Assembly (NCBI GenBank): GCA_029936295.1
Contig: JAPYTH010000001.1
Coordinates: 44,274-104,569 of the forward strand
Length of the DNA stretch: 60,296 nucleotides
Direction: 5' to 3'
Source of the DNA: Alphaproteobacteria bacterium
GTDB taxonomy: Bacteria > Pseudomonadota > Alphaproteobacteria > TMED109
The notes under the pieces are model-generated. The model had not been told where the DNA came from, searched no databases, and worked only from the letters and a program-made list of their open reading frames with translations. Shown here piece by piece: positions 60,198-60,296 of this stretch. Positions within the stretch are counted from its first letter, which is position 1; each line of letters begins with the position of its first letter. The position numbers were made by a program, and so were the translations under genes.

Positions 60198-60296
60198 TTG
60201 AAGCTATTACATAATTTTATAATATTTCTAATAATATTTAATAATTTCTCTTATGCAGAAGAGATACAAACTAAAAATAGTTTTTTAACTGCTAAT
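60198..60296 (+). CDS. lptD: 5' end of a probable LPS-assembly protein LptD, cut by the window edge
   Basis: The TTG-initiated frame reads MKLLHNFIIFLIIFNNFSYA|EEIQTKNSFLTAN, a signal-peptide-like start. The identity is inferred only from the conserved lptF-lptG-lptD order. Confidence 0.35.
   Translation, partial: MKLLHNFIIFLIIFNNFSYAEEIQTKNSFLTAN

Noticed and set aside
1-60296. Scan for CRISPR arrays, IS elements or transposases, integrases, prophage genes, toxin-antitoxin pairs, restriction-modification or other defence systems, and rRNA/tRNA genes
   Set aside because: None found. Every ORF over 100 aa that is not antisense noise is a housekeeping or conserved-hypothetical gene in a syntenic context. 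There are no long direct or inverted repeats and no compositional island obvious by eye.

Overview
This 60.3-kb window is very AT-rich (roughly 30% GC by eye) and about 95% coding under my gene model. I call 64 protein-coding genes, the first and last cut by the window edges.

Gene content and local gene orders:
- bolA / J-protein / cobS / cobT / rpmB
- grxC / CN-hydrolase / DUF1178
- mutT / argJ / secA
- ubiG next to lysC
- rodZ-like / ispG / hisS / prfA / prmC / DUF4167
- DUF1192 / quinone oxidoreductase / DUF1013
- tyrC / chorismate mutase, divergent from metX / metW
- aroQ / accB / accC / aat
- hda / perM, divergent from purM
- pepA, divergent from lptF / lptG / lptD

These orders fit the core chromosome of a free-living, genome-streamlined alphaproteobacterium, possibly SAR11/Pelagibacterales-like. 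The exact taxon cannot be set without a database search.

I found no rRNA, tRNA, CRISPR array, transposase, integrase, phage, toxin-antitoxin or recognisable defence gene. I do not think this window holds a novel accessory system; it is an ordinary housekeeping region.

Points worth a second look, all of modest interest:
- metX: about 65 conserved N-terminal codons have no canonical start codon upstream.
- thiS and thiG are fused in frame, which buries the ThiS Gly-Gly C-terminus.
- A cobS-cobT AAA+/vWA pair sits in the bolA/J-domain neighbourhood with no cobN in the window.
- Non-coding DNA is split sharply: all 15 convergent gene pairs have 27 nt or less between stops (four overlap or abut), and all 15 divergent spacers are 48-359 nt.
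- The 359-nt rne leader is by far the longest non-coding stretch.
- Several enzymes show degenerate catalytic or cofactor motifs.
- There are a few orphan small ORFs.

All family assignments come from motif recognition and recalled family patterns. No searches were run.
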